A stretch of 50,635 nucleotides of DNA, from the NCBI GenBank assembly GCA_043763155.1, contig JAYULW010000046.1:1-50635 (forward strand), given 5' to 3'. This document shows positions 38,744 to 48,419 of this stretch, piece by piece. The position numbers were made by a program, and so were the translations under genes. The notes beneath the pieces are model-generated. The model was not told where the DNA came from and searched no databases. It saw only the letters and a list, made by a program, of their open reading frames with translations. Origin of the DNA: Alphaproteobacteria bacterium (GTDB lineage Bacteria > Pseudomonadota > Alphaproteobacteria > Rickettsiales > SXRF01). Within the stretch, counting starts at the first letter, position 1; each line of letters opens with the position of its first letter.

Positions 38744-39988
38744 ATGAAACTCTCTTTCTTCCCGGTCGCTATGATGGCAGCACTTCTGGGGCTTGCGGCC
38801 TGCGAATCTACCGAATTTCCTGACTTTTCACGCGAGAGGGCAGCCGCCCAGAAAACGGCGGATGCCAGCACGCCGATGACGGTGGAGCCGCCCGCAGTAC
38901 AGCCCAAAGGCGTGATTGCGGCGAATACGCCTGCGCTGAAGGTTGCGCTTCTGGTTCCGCTTTCGGGGGATTCGATGGCGGTGGGTAATGCGATGCTGGA
39001 TGCGGCCACTATGGCGCTTTCGGACAGCTATCTCACCATGCCGTCTGACCAGATTCACAGCCAAGTTATTTTGATGCCGAAGGATACGGGCAATACGCCT
39101 GCGGATTCGGCGAAAGCGGTGAAGCAGGCGTTGGACCAGGGTGCTAGTTTTGTGGTGGGGCCTTTGTTCAGCCAGTCGGTACGGGTGGTGGCGCCCATGC
39201 TTGCGGAGCGCAAAATCAATATGCTGACCTTCTCGAACAACCGCGCCGTTGCGGGTAATGGGGTGTATCTGTTTGGGTTCCTGCCGGAAGAACAGGTGGT
39301 GCGCGTGGCGGAATATGCGTATTTGCATAATATGGAGCGTGTGGCGCTTCTGGCGCCGAACGATTCGTATGGCGAGAAGGTGAAGAAGACACTGATCGAG
39401 TCGTATGCGCGCAAGGGCGGTGTGGTGGCTCCGGCAGAATTATATGCACCTTCACCTGCCAACATTGACGCGGCGGTGACGCGCCTTTCGCAGGCGTATG
39501 CGAATTTGCCGGAAGATAAGCGGTTTCAGGCGATTTTCATCGCGGACGGTGGAAACCAGCTCAAGAATATCCTGATCTCGCTGAAGCGCAGCAAGATTGA
39601 CCTGACCAAGATTAAGCTGCTGGGTACGGGCCTGTGGGACGATCCGGAAGTGGCTGCGATGCCGGAAATGGACGGCGCATGGTTCTCCAGCTCGCCGCCG
39701 GATTCGTATCAGGTGTTTGAGAAGCGCTTTATTGCGACGTATGGCTATAAGCCGGTGCGCCTTGCGAGCCTGGCGTATGACGCGGTGACGCTGGTTGCCA
39801 CTATTTCGATGGCTAACCCCGGTGCTGCGATCACGCCTGAGGCGCTTATCACGCCGGGCGGGTTTATGAGCCCGGCCAACGGCCTGTTCCGCCTGAATGC
39901 CGATGGTTCGTCGGAGCGCCGCTTAGCGATTATGCAGGTGACGGGCGGCGGGTTTAAGGTGGTTGATCCGGCACTGCGGAATTTCTAA
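38744..39988 (+). CDS. LpoA/LppC-like penicillin-binding-protein activator (periplasmic binding fold lipoprotein)
   Basis: Lipobox LAAC, KVALLVPLSG, VGPLF, LLGTGLW, LAYDAV, GLFRL..DG..ER.LA; divergent from rsmI as is usual. Confidence 0.85.
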   Translation: MKLSFFPVAMMAALLGLAACESTEFPDFSRERAAAQKTADASTPMTVEPPAVQPKGVIAANTPALKVALLVPLSGDSMAVGNAMLDAATMALSDSYLTMPSDQIHSQVILMPKDTGNTPADSAKAVKQALDQGASFVVGPLFSQSVRVVAPMLAERKINMLTFSNNRAVAGNGVYLFGFLPEEQVVRVAEYAYLHNMERVALLAPNDSYGEKVKKTLIESYARKGGVVAPAELYAPSPANIDAAVTRLSQAYANLPEDKRFQAIFIADGGNQLKNILISLKRSKIDLTKIKLLGTGLWDDPEVAAMPEMDGAWFSSSPPDSYQVFEKRFIATYGYKPVRLASLAYDAVTLVATISMANPGAAITPEALITPGGFMSPANGLFRLNADGSSERRLAIMQVTGGGFKVVDPALRNF

Positions 39989-39996
39989 GGGGTCTT

Positions 39997-41352
39997 ATGC
40001 CTCAGGCGCAGATGGATGAAGCGACCTACCTGAAGCAGGTGCGGGAGCAGTATGAGCAACTGCCGTATCCGCCGAGGGACCCCGCACGGGAGTTGAATGC
40101 GCTCATTTTTACCATGACCAGCGGCCTTGACCGCATCAATAGCTATCATTACAGCGGCAAGCGGGATTTTTCGCAACCCTTCGAGGTGCTGGTGGCAGGG
40201 TGCGGCACGGGTGATGGGGTTATTTCGCTGGGTACGCAGCTTTATGGCAGTCCGGCGCGTATTACCGCGCTGGATATGAGTACGGCTTCGCTGGCGGTGG
40301 CCAAGGGGCGTGCGGAGGCGCGGGGGCTGGATAATATCCGCTTCGTGCATGACTCGCTGCTGAATGTAAAGGCGCACACGGAAAAGCCGTTTGACCATAT
40401 TAATTGCCTTGGGGTTTTGCATCATCTGGAAGCGCCGGAGGCAGGGCTTGCGGCATTGGAGAGTGTGCTTGCGCCAGACGGGGCGATGCATTTGATGCTT
40501 TATGCGCAGTATGGGCGCGAAAGCGTGTACCAGATGCAAAAGCTGATGCGGCTTGTAAATGGCGATGAGCCGAACATGCAGCGCAAGGTGGATATGTGCC
40601 GCGCGATGCTTGCGCAGCTTCCGGCGCATCACGGGTTTCGCACTTTTGTGGAGACGGTGCAGGATGTGAAGCAGTGGGGCGATTCGGGGCTGTATGATTT
40701 GCTGCTGCACTCGCAGGATGTGGCCTATACGGTGCCGCAGGTGTATGATTTTCTTAGCAGCGCGGGCTTGCAGCCGTCGCACTGGTTTTATGGCGAACAC
40801 CCTAAGGGCAATGATTTGTATCGTGCGAGAGGGCATATCAGTGACCCAGAGCTATTGGCGCAAGCGCAGCAGTTGCCGCTGCGCGACCAGCAGACGGTGG
40901 CGGAGCTGATGGACAGCACGATCGCGCGGCACGAATTCTACGCGGTGCGCAACGTGCCGGCGCTCCCCGACCCCAATGATCTGGATATGGTGCCGCATAT
41001 TGACGTGGTGCATGGAAAAACGCTGGCGGGGGAACTGGGGCAGGCGCTACGTTCGCTGAGCCTGGGGCAGCCGATGCAGGTGCAGCTGCACGGGTGTAAT
41101 GTGCTTGTTTCCAACACGGCGCATGCGGGGTTGCTGCTGATGCATATGGATGGCGAGACCACGCTTCGCACATTGTTTGAGAAGGTGCGCGCTGCCGCCG
41201 GGAATGCGGTGACGGATGCAGAGTTGAAGAGGGAATTCCTGCAATTGTTTGCGGCGTTCAACCGCTATGATGTGATGTTTGTGAAGCATGCAGGCGTGCC
41301 TGCTTATCGCAGCATGGACGAGGCGAATGCACTGCGTGGGAAAAAGGCGTAA
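39997..41352 (+). CDS. Class I SAM-dependent methyltransferase with C-terminal extension
   Basis: QYE.LPYP, VLVAGCGTG motif I, ALD.S, FD.I.C.GVLHHL, DLLLH.Q. Confidence 0.85.
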   Translation: MPQAQMDEATYLKQVREQYEQLPYPPRDPARELNALIFTMTSGLDRINSYHYSGKRDFSQPFEVLVAGCGTGDGVISLGTQLYGSPARITALDMSTASLAVAKGRAEARGLDNIRFVHDSLLNVKAHTEKPFDHINCLGVLHHLEAPEAGLAALESVLAPDGAMHLMLYAQYGRESVYQMQKLMRLVNGDEPNMQRKVDMCRAMLAQLPAHHGFRTFVETVQDVKQWGDSGLYDLLLHSQDVAYTVPQVYDFLSSAGLQPSHWFYGEHPKGNDLYRARGHISDPELLAQAQQLPLRDQQTVAELMDSTIARHEFYAVRNVPALPDPNDLDMVPHIDVVHGKTLAGELGQALRSLSLGQPMQVQLHGCNVLVSNTAHAGLLLMHMDGETTLRTLFEKVRAAAGNAVTDAELKREFLQLFAAFNRYDVMFVKHAGVPAYRSMDEANALRGKKA

Positions 41353-41353
41353 G

Positions 41354-42508
41354 CTATTTCAGTAATTCGGCGGTGAGGGTGCCCAGCACCAGGCGGCCTG
41401 CGAGGGTGGTTTGCAGGCGGGTGGGGTCGTTTTGGAGTAAGCCTTTTTCGGTGTAGAAGGCGATGCGGGCGGCGTTTAAATAATCGCGCAGGTCGAAGCC
41501 GGTTTGTTCCTTGAAATCATTGTAGTGGATGCCTTCTTTCAGGCGCAGGCCCATCATCAGGCGTTCTTCGGCGGCTTCGGCTTCGGGGATTTCGCGCCAT
41601 TCTTCGATGGCGTTTTGGTCGCGGGTGGTTTTTTCCAGCCAGCGTTCGGGGCTTTTGAGGGTGGTGGTGGCGATGCGTTTGCCATCTATGGTGATGCGCC
41701 CATGCGCGCCGGGACCGACGCCGATATAGTCGGTGCCTTGCCAGTAGGCGAGATTGTGGCGGGATTCTTCGCCGGGTTTGGCGTAGTTGGACACTTCGTA
41801 GGCGTACAGGCCACGTGCTGCCATGACGCTTTCTGTCGTGCGGTAAAGTTCTTCGGCTTCGGCTTCATTCGGGAGGGTGAAGCCGCCTTTGGCGTAGGCG
41901 TGGTGGAAGGCGGTGTTTTCTTCGATGGTGAGCTGGTAGAGGGAGAGGTGATTTCCGGCGTGGCCTAATGCTTGTTCGAGTTCGGCTTGCCATGCACCCG
42001 TGGTTTGGTTGGGGCGGGCATAGATGAGGTCGAAGGAGTAGCGGGCGAAGGTTTTTTGCGCGAGCGCAATGGCGGCGAGGGCTTCGTGGCTGCTGTGGCC
42101 CCTGCCTAAAAATTTGAGTTCGGCGTCGTTTAGGGATTGGACGCCGAGGGAGACGCGGTTCACGCCTGCGTTCTGGAAATCGGGGAAGGTTGCGGTTTCG
42201 ACCGAGGTGGGGTTTGCTTCCAGTGTGATTTCGATGTCGGAAGAGGTGGGGAATAATGCGCTCACGCGGTCAATGAGCGCGGCGACGGTGCTTGCGGGCA
42301 TGAGGGAGGGCGTGCCGCCGCCGAAAAAAATGCTGGTGACGGTGCGGCCGGGCATGTGGGCGGCCATCCAGTCCAGCTCAGCAAGCAGGGCTTGTTGCCA
42401 GCGGTCTTGGGCGACTTCTTCGCGCACATGGCTGTTGAAGTCGCAATAAGGGCATTTGGACTTGCAAAAGGGCCAGTGGATATAGACGGCGAGGCTATTG
42501 CGGGGCAT
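41354..42508 (-). CDS. hemW: Radical SAM heme chaperone HemW
   Basis: YIHWPFCKSKCPYCDFNS, FGGGTPS, EITLEANP, YEVSNYA, HNLAYW. Start at M39 of the listed ORF. Confidence 0.95.
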   Translation of the reverse strand: MPRNSLAVYIHWPFCKSKCPYCDFNSHVREEVAQDRWQQALLAELDWMAAHMPGRTVTSIFFGGGTPSLMPASTVAALIDRVSALFPTSSDIEITLEANPTSVETATFPDFQNAGVNRVSLGVQSLNDAELKFLGRGHSSHEALAAIALAQKTFARYSFDLIYARPNQTTGAWQAELEQALGHAGNHLSLYQLTIEENTAFHHAYAKGGFTLPNEAEAEELYRTTESVMAARGLYAYEVSNYAKPGEESRHNLAYWQGTDYIGVGPGAHGRITIDGKRIATTTLKSPERWLEKTTRDQNAIEEWREIPEAEAAEERLMMGLRLKEGIHYNDFKEQTGFDLRDYLNAARIAFYTEKGLLQNDPTRLQTTLAGRLVLGTLTAELLK

Positions 42509-42569
42509 GAAAATATTAACTAAGATGGGGTAGATATTGGTTTTTATGATTTTAGAGTAGTCTGCTGGA

Positions 42570-43424
42570 ATGAAGCTGTCACCTACTGAACAGGACGCCC
42601 TGATTGCGCTGCTTACGCGCATTTACACGGATTTGCACGAGATTGAAACGCAATACCACCTACTGGCGGGCGAAAACGACTTTCGGCCCAGAATCGAGCA
42701 TTTCCATGACGCAGTGCGGGCTTTTTCGTCGCAGGACGTGTCGCACCAAGAGCCGGGCGGGCGGCTTTCCATTGAGATGTTGTCGTATGATTTGAGCTGT
42801 TTGCGGTTTTTGCAGACCATGCCGCTGGCGTCGTTTAAGCCGCACGGGGCCATGTATTCGCCGGGCACGGAGGTGGTGTCGGTGGGGGAAAAAGACCTGA
42901 CGGTGAAGGCCGGACGGCCCAGCCGCCAGACCCGCGAGCGTATTTGCGAGCTGTACCAGAATTATGCGGTGCTGTTTGCTGCCATGCTTAAGCCTATGGC
43001 AGATAGGGATTATTTGGACCGGGTGGATGATCTGGACCAGGATGTGAAGGATTTGCATGCGCTGATTTCCGAGCTTAAGGCGATGGAGGCGGGCAAGGGG
43101 TCGGTGGAGAAGGTTTTGGCTGCCATCCAGCATCTGGAAGAAGAGGGGCTGCGGCATGAGCTGATGGCGTTTATGCAGGGAGAAAAGCATAAGAAAAAAG
43201 ACAATATTACCAAGCTGATGGCCTTTTTGAAGGAGCATATTGCGCAAAAGGACAAGGAATCGGCGGGGATTGACGCGGCGCACATGAATTATGTGATGGC
43301 GCAGCTGGGGATTTTTGAGGGCGCACGGGATTTGCTCAAGAAAATGGCCTCGCAGGGGATGAATCTGGTGGGCAAATTCGTCGAAAACGCCATGGCCGAA
43401 AGCAAACGCGACCTGGGGCGGTAA
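42570..43424 (+). CDS. Hypothetical soluble alpha-helical protein
   Basis: 284 aa, genome-like codon usage, coiled-coil-like C-terminal half, no recognisable motif. Confidence 0.8.
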   Translation: MKLSPTEQDALIALLTRIYTDLHEIETQYHLLAGENDFRPRIEHFHDAVRAFSSQDVSHQEPGGRLSIEMLSYDLSCLRFLQTMPLASFKPHGAMYSPGTEVVSVGEKDLTVKAGRPSRQTRERICELYQNYAVLFAAMLKPMADRDYLDRVDDLDQDVKDLHALISELKAMEAGKGSVEKVLAAIQHLEEEGLRHELMAFMQGEKHKKKDNITKLMAFLKEHIAQKDKESAGIDAAHMNYVMAQLGIFEGARDLLKKMASQGMNLVGKFVENAMAESKRDLGR

Positions 43425-43497
43425 AACTCACGTTATTGCTGGACTTTTTGACGCTTACGCATGAAAATGCGCGGCTATCATACTGTTTTAAGGTTTT

Positions 43498-44820
43498 ATG
43501 TCCGTTAAAGTTCGTTTCGCGCCTTCGCCCACGGGGTTTTTGCATGTGGGCAATATGCGTACTGCATTGGTGAACTGGTTGTTCGCGAAGAAATTCGGCG
43601 GGCATTTTTTGCTGCGCATTGACGATACCGACACGGAGCGCTCCGAGCAGCGCTTTACGGACGCCATCCACGAAGATCTTTCGTGGTTGGGTTTGCAGTG
43701 GGACAGTGAGGCGCACCAGTCGCAGCGGTTTGAGCGTTACCGCATTGCCACCGAAAGCTTGCGCGAGCAGGGACGGCTGTATGCGTGTTATGAAACGCCG
43801 GAGGAGCTGGACGTGCAGCGCAAAATGCTGGCGTCACGCGGGTTGCCACCGATTTATAACCGGGCGGGGTTGAAGCTTACCGATGAGCAGAAGGCAGCGT
43901 TGCAGGCGCAGGGGCGCAAACCCCATTACCGGTTTTTGCTTACTGACGACGCGGTGATCTGGGATGATTTGATTCGCGGGCATTCGCAGTTTCGGCCTAC
44001 GCATATGAGCGACCCGGTGCTGGTGCGCGAAGATGGCGGGCCGGTGTATACGCTGGCTTCCGTCGTGGATGATGGGGAGCTGGCGATTACGCATGTGATT
44101 CGCGGGGAAGACCATGTGAGCAACACGGCGGTGCAGGTGCAGCTGTATGAGGCGCTAGGCTTTAAAGTGCCGCAGTTTGCGCATATGGCGCTGCTTAAGA
44201 CCAAGGACGGGGAAATGTCGAAGCGGCTTGGCGGCAATGACATCCGGGCATTGCGCGAGGCGGGGATTTTGCCGATGGCGGTGAACTCGATGCTTGCGCG
44301 CATGGGCACGTCGGACGCGATTGAAGCGTTTTCAGATTTGACGCCGCTGGTAGAGCATTTTGATTTTTCCAAATTCGGGCGCGCGCCTGCCAATTACGAT
44401 GTGGCGGAGCTGGAAAAGCTGAATGAAAAATTGCTGCATAAGCTGGATTACGGGCAGGTGGCCAAAGATATTTCTTTTGCCGATGAGGGCTTCTGGCTTT
44501 CGGTGCGGGCGAATATTAAACACCTGGGCGAAGTGCGCACATGGTGGGATATTCTGAACGGGGAACTGCCGGATTCGCTGGACGGCGAGGAGCGGGCGTT
44601 TGTTGCCGATACTGCGCAGTTGTTGCCGCCAGCGCCGTGGAGCGAGGCCACGTGGGATGCGTGGCTGGCTGCGATTAAGCCTACGACGCCGCGCAGCGGC
44701 AAGTCGTTGTTCATGCCCTTGCGCAAGGCGCTTACGGGGCTGGAACATGGGCCGGAATTGAAGAAATTATTGCCGCTTCTTGGTCATGAGCGGGTGTTGC
44801 AACGTTTAAAGGGAGAGTGA
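43498..44820 (+). CDS. gltX: Glutamate--tRNA ligase
   Basis: RFAPSPTG.LHVGN, LRIDDTD, HVIRGEDH, MSKR, FMPLR.ALTG..HGP. Confidence 0.96.
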   Translation: MSVKVRFAPSPTGFLHVGNMRTALVNWLFAKKFGGHFLLRIDDTDTERSEQRFTDAIHEDLSWLGLQWDSEAHQSQRFERYRIATESLREQGRLYACYETPEELDVQRKMLASRGLPPIYNRAGLKLTDEQKAALQAQGRKPHYRFLLTDDAVIWDDLIRGHSQFRPTHMSDPVLVREDGGPVYTLASVVDDGELAITHVIRGEDHVSNTAVQVQLYEALGFKVPQFAHMALLKTKDGEMSKRLGGNDIRALREAGILPMAVNSMLARMGTSDAIEAFSDLTPLVEHFDFSKFGRAPANYDVAELEKLNEKLLHKLDYGQVAKDISFADEGFWLSVRANIKHLGEVRTWWDILNGELPDSLDGEERAFVADTAQLLPPAPWSEATWDAWLAAIKPTTPRSGKSLFMPLRKALTGLEHGPELKKLLPLLGHERVLQRLKGE

Positions 44821-45494
44821 TTGTTATGCGCTTATTTGCAGTGTGTTTACTTGCCGGTTTGACGATGTCCCATCAGGCATGGGCCAATAAGGCGGATGTT
44901 GATGTGAGTGTGCAGGACGATGTGACGGTGGATGCCGATGACAGCGACGAGCCGCCCGTGAAAAAGAAAGCGGTAAAGCCCGCGCCCAAAAAAGTTGAGA
45001 AAAAAACCGAAAAGGCAGAGCCGAAAAAGAGCGATAAAAAGCCCGACGACAAGGCTTCTAAAAAAGATGACAAGAAGCCAGATGCGAAGCCGGATGCGAA
45101 AATAGAAGGAAAGCCCGCGAACGCTGCGCCTGATGTGCTGGCGTGCCCGGAGAGCATCAAGGTGGATGCGCAGAAGCTGGATAAGAAAAACACGCCCACG
45201 GGCTTTAGCAGCTACAACGAAGACGTGACGTACTGGCTGGATGCGGTGAATGTGTATGTGGGCGAAAAAACGCCTGAGAAAATGGAGCCGTATAAAAGCA
45301 CCGAAGTTTCCTCGGAGTGGAAGCTGGAAGAAAACGGCAAGCAGCATTACTCGCTGGTGTGCGGTTACCGCGAAACCAGCGTGGTGCTGCGCAAAGCCAT
45401 TTCTGAGAAAATGAAAGCCTGCCACCTGAGCCCTAAGAATAACCCGCAGAACCCGCATGGGCCGCAGGTGCTGCAACAATTTGACTGCGAGTAA
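44817..45494 (+). CDS. Exported protein with Lys/Asp/Pro-rich linker and four-Cys C-terminal domain
   Basis: Signal peptide (..QAWA), low-complexity KKxEK/KPDxK linker, then CP...W...CGY..T...C...C. Start at 44817 (GTG) or 44826. Confidence 0.82.
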   Translation: MIVMRLFAVCLLAGLTMSHQAWANKADVDVSVQDDVTVDADDSDEPPVKKKAVKPAPKKVEKKTEKAEPKKSDKKPDDKASKKDDKKPDAKPDAKIEGKPANAAPDVLACPESIKVDAQKLDKKNTPTGFSSYNEDVTYWLDAVNVYVGEKTPEKMEPYKSTEVSSEWKLEENGKQHYSLVCGYRETSVVLRKAISEKMKACHLSPKNNPQNPHGPQVLQQFDCE

Positions 45495-45495
45495 T

Positions 45496-46833
45496 ATGGA
45501 ACTGAAATTCTACAATACGCTTACCCGTAAAAAAGAAATCTTTGTACCGATCAGGCATGAGGACGTGCGGATGTATGTGTGCGGGCCGACGGTGTATGAC
45601 CGCCCGCATCTGGGCAATGCGCGCTCGGTGGTGGTGTATGACGTGCTGTACCGGCTGCTTACGGAAGTGTTTCCCAAGGTGACGTATGCGCGCAACATCA
45701 CGGACGTGGATGACAAGATCAATGCGGCGGCGAAGGCGAACGGAGAGCCTATTTCTGCTTTGACGCAGCGTGTTGAGGGGTGGTTTTACGATGATATGCG
45801 GGCGCTGAACTGCGCGTCGCCGACGGTGGAACCACGGGCTACGGAGCATATTCCGCAGATGGTTGCGATCATTGAAAAACTTATTGCGCGCGGGCATGCG
45901 TATGTGGCGCAAGGACATGTGTTGTTTGATGTGACGAGCTACGCGGCGTACGGGCAGTTGTCGGGGCGCAAGCTGGACGATTTGATTTCGGGTGCGCGGG
46001 TGGAAGTGGAAAGCTACAAGAAAAATCCGGGAGATTTTGTGCTTTGGAAGCCAGCGGAAAGCGGCGACGATGCTTCTTCGGTGTTTGGAAGCCCATGGGG
46101 CGCTGGGCGTCCGGGCTGGCATATTGAATGCTCGGCGATGAGCGCGCAATATCTGGGCGATAATTTTGATATTCATGGGGGCGGGTCGGATTTAATGTTC
46201 CCGCATCATGAAAATGAAATTGCGCAGAGCTGCTGTGCAAAACCGGGAGTGGAATTTGCAAAATGCTGGATCCATAACGGGTTTTTGACAGTGAACGGCG
46301 AGAAGATGAGCAAGTCGCTGGGGAATTTTACCACCGTGAAAGATTTGCTGGATAAGGGCGTGAAGGGCGAAGTGATTCGCATGGCGCTGCTTATGAGCAA
46401 ATATAACGAGCCGATGGACTGGAACGGCAAGCTCTTGCACGATGCGGAGCTGACGCTGGGCAAGTTTTACAAAATGCTGGACGTGGAAGAAGAAGCGCGC
46501 GAAGTGCCGGATGAGTTTTTGGCGGCGCTGGGCGATGATCTGAACACGCCACGCGCGTTTTCGACGCTGTATAGCATGCACCCCGGTGAGGCGGTTGCGG
46601 CGCTGCGTTTCATGGGCTTTTTGCAGATGAGGGCGAAGGACTGGTTTTTTAAGGAAACGCCCAAGGATGCGAAAGTGGACGAGGCATGGGTGCTGGGCAA
46701 AATTGCGGCGCGCATTGAGGCCAAGCAAAACAAGCAATGGGCGGAAGCCGATGCGCTTCGCAAGGAAATCACCGATCATGGCATTGTAGTGAAAGACAGG
46801 CCGGACGGTACTACGGATTGGGATTGGGCGTAA
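45496..46833 (+). CDS. cysS: Cysteine--tRNA ligase
   Basis: MYVCGPTVY..PHLGN, RNITDVDDKI, GRPGWHIECS, FPHHENE, KMSKS. Confidence 0.98.
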   Translation: MELKFYNTLTRKKEIFVPIRHEDVRMYVCGPTVYDRPHLGNARSVVVYDVLYRLLTEVFPKVTYARNITDVDDKINAAAKANGEPISALTQRVEGWFYDDMRALNCASPTVEPRATEHIPQMVAIIEKLIARGHAYVAQGHVLFDVTSYAAYGQLSGRKLDDLISGARVEVESYKKNPGDFVLWKPAESGDDASSVFGSPWGAGRPGWHIECSAMSAQYLGDNFDIHGGGSDLMFPHHENEIAQSCCAKPGVEFAKCWIHNGFLTVNGEKMSKSLGNFTTVKDLLDKGVKGEVIRMALLMSKYNEPMDWNGKLLHDAELTLGKFYKMLDVEEEAREVPDEFLAALGDDLNTPRAFSTLYSMHPGEAVAALRFMGFLQMRAKDWFFKETPKDAKVDEAWVLGKIAARIEAKQNKQWAEADALRKEITDHGIVVKDRPDGTTDWDWA

Positions 46834-46835
46834 TT

Positions 46836-48419
46836 ATGGGCGAGCGGGTGTATTTGTATGATTCGACGTTGCGCGATGGCGCGCAGGCGCGGGGCGTGGA
46901 TTTTACGGTAGCGGATAAGCTCGCGATTGCGAAGGACCTGGACAAGCTCGGCATTGATTATATCGAAGGCGGCTGGCCGGGTGCGAACCCTAATGACGAT
47001 GCGTTTTTTGCGGAGCCGCCAGTATTGGCGAAGGCGAAGCTTTCGGCGTTTGGGATGACGCGGCGGGCGGGCAGGTCTGCGGAAAATGACCCCGGTTTGG
47101 CGAGTCTTCTGGATAGTGGCGCGAAGAGCATTTGCATTGTAGGGAAAAGTTCGGCCACGCAAGTGAAGAATACGCTGGGGATTACGGAGGCGGAAAATAT
47201 CCGCATGATTTCGGAAACCATTAAGCACATTGTGAAGCATAAGCGCGAGGCGCTGTATGATGCAGAGCATTTTTTCGATGGATATAAGAATAATCCGCAG
47301 TTTTCGCTGGCGTGCCTGAAGGCGGCCTATGAGGCGGGTGCGCGGTGGATTGTGCTGTGCGACACCAATGGCGGGTCGCTGCCGTTTGATGTGGAGCGGA
47401 TTGTTTCGGAAGTGGTGAAGCATGTGCCGGGAACGCATCTGGGCGTGCATTGCCATAACGATACGGATAATGCGGTGGCGAATTCGCTGGCGGCGGTGCG
47501 CGCGGGCGTGCGGCAGGTGCAGGGGACCATCAACGGCATTGGCGAGCGGTGCGGGAATGCGAATTTGATTTCGATCATTCCCAGCCTGATTTTGAAAATG
47601 GGTTTTACGACCGGGGTGACTAAGGAAAAGCTGACCACGCTTACGCATGTGTCGCACTCGCTGGATGAGCGCCTGAACCGGGCGCCCAACGCGCATGCGC
47701 CGTATGTGGGTACGGCGGCATTTGCGCATAAGGGCGGGCTGCATGTGTCGGCGATGGCTAAGGATTCGACGGCGTATGAGCATATTGTGCCGGCGCTGGT
47801 GGGGAATGCCACCGTGGTGCTGGTTTCGGACAAGGCGGGCAAGTCGAACGTGCTGGACCGCATCAGGCAGTTTGGGATTCGCGTGGATGCCGATGACGCG
47901 CGGGTGGGCGAGCTGGTGCATGAGGTGAAGCAGCGCGAAAAAGTGGGCTATGCGTATGAGGGTGCGGAGGCGAGCTTTGAGCTGCTGGCGCGCAAGCTGA
48001 TGGGCAAGGTGCCGGAGTTTTTCGAGGTGCTGAGTTTCCGCGTGATCGGTGAGCGCAGGCACAACGCCAAGGGCAAGATGGTGAGTGTTTCGGAAGCGAC
48101 GATTAAATTGCTGATCGAGGGCGAAGAGATCATGACGGTGGCCGAAGGTAACGGCCCGGTGAACGCGCTGGACGGGGCGCTGCGCAAGGCGCTGGTGAAG
48201 CATTACCCGACGGTGAAAGATATTCAGCTGACCGATTACAAGGTGCGCATTTTGACACCGGGTGAGGGCACGAAGGCAATTACGCGGGTTATGATCGAAT
48301 CGCGCGATAGCAAGGGTGCTATTTGGAACACGATTGGGGTTTCAGCTAACGTGATTGATGCGTCGTTTAACGCGCTGTTTGATTCGGTGACGTATAAGCT
48401 GATGCAGAAGAAAAAATAA
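46836..48419 (+). CDS. cimA: Citramalate synthase (LeuA-like family)
   Basis: DSTLRDGAQ, YIEGGWPG.NP, DAEHFFDG, LCDTNGG, HCHND, FAHKGG.H, GNGPVNALD, DYKVRI. Confidence 0.92.
   Translation: MGERVYLYDSTLRDGAQARGVDFTVADKLAIAKDLDKLGIDYIEGGWPGANPNDDAFFAEPPVLAKAKLSAFGMTRRAGRSAENDPGLASLLDSGAKSICIVGKSSATQVKNTLGITEAENIRMISETIKHIVKHKREALYDAEHFFDGYKNNPQFSLACLKAAYEAGARWIVLCDTNGGSLPFDVERIVSEVVKHVPGTHLGVHCHNDTDNAVANSLAAVRAGVRQVQGTINGIGERCGNANLISIIPSLILKMGFTTGVTKEKLTTLTHVSHSLDERLNRAPNAHAPYVGTAAFAHKGGLHVSAMAKDSTAYEHIVPALVGNATVVLVSDKAGKSNVLDRIRQFGIRVDADDARVGELVHEVKQREKVGYAYEGAEASFELLARKLMGKVPEFFEVLSFRVIGERRHNAKGKMVSVSEATIKLLIEGEEIMTVAEGNGPVNALDGALRKALVKHYPTVKDIQLTDYKVRILTPGEGTKAITRVMIESRDSKGAIWNTIGVSANVIDASFNALFDSVTYKLMQKKK

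Noticed and set aside
44950-45120. DNA tandem repeat in the Lys/Asp/Pro-rich linker
   Set aside because: Low-complexity protein linker without a regular nucleotide period.
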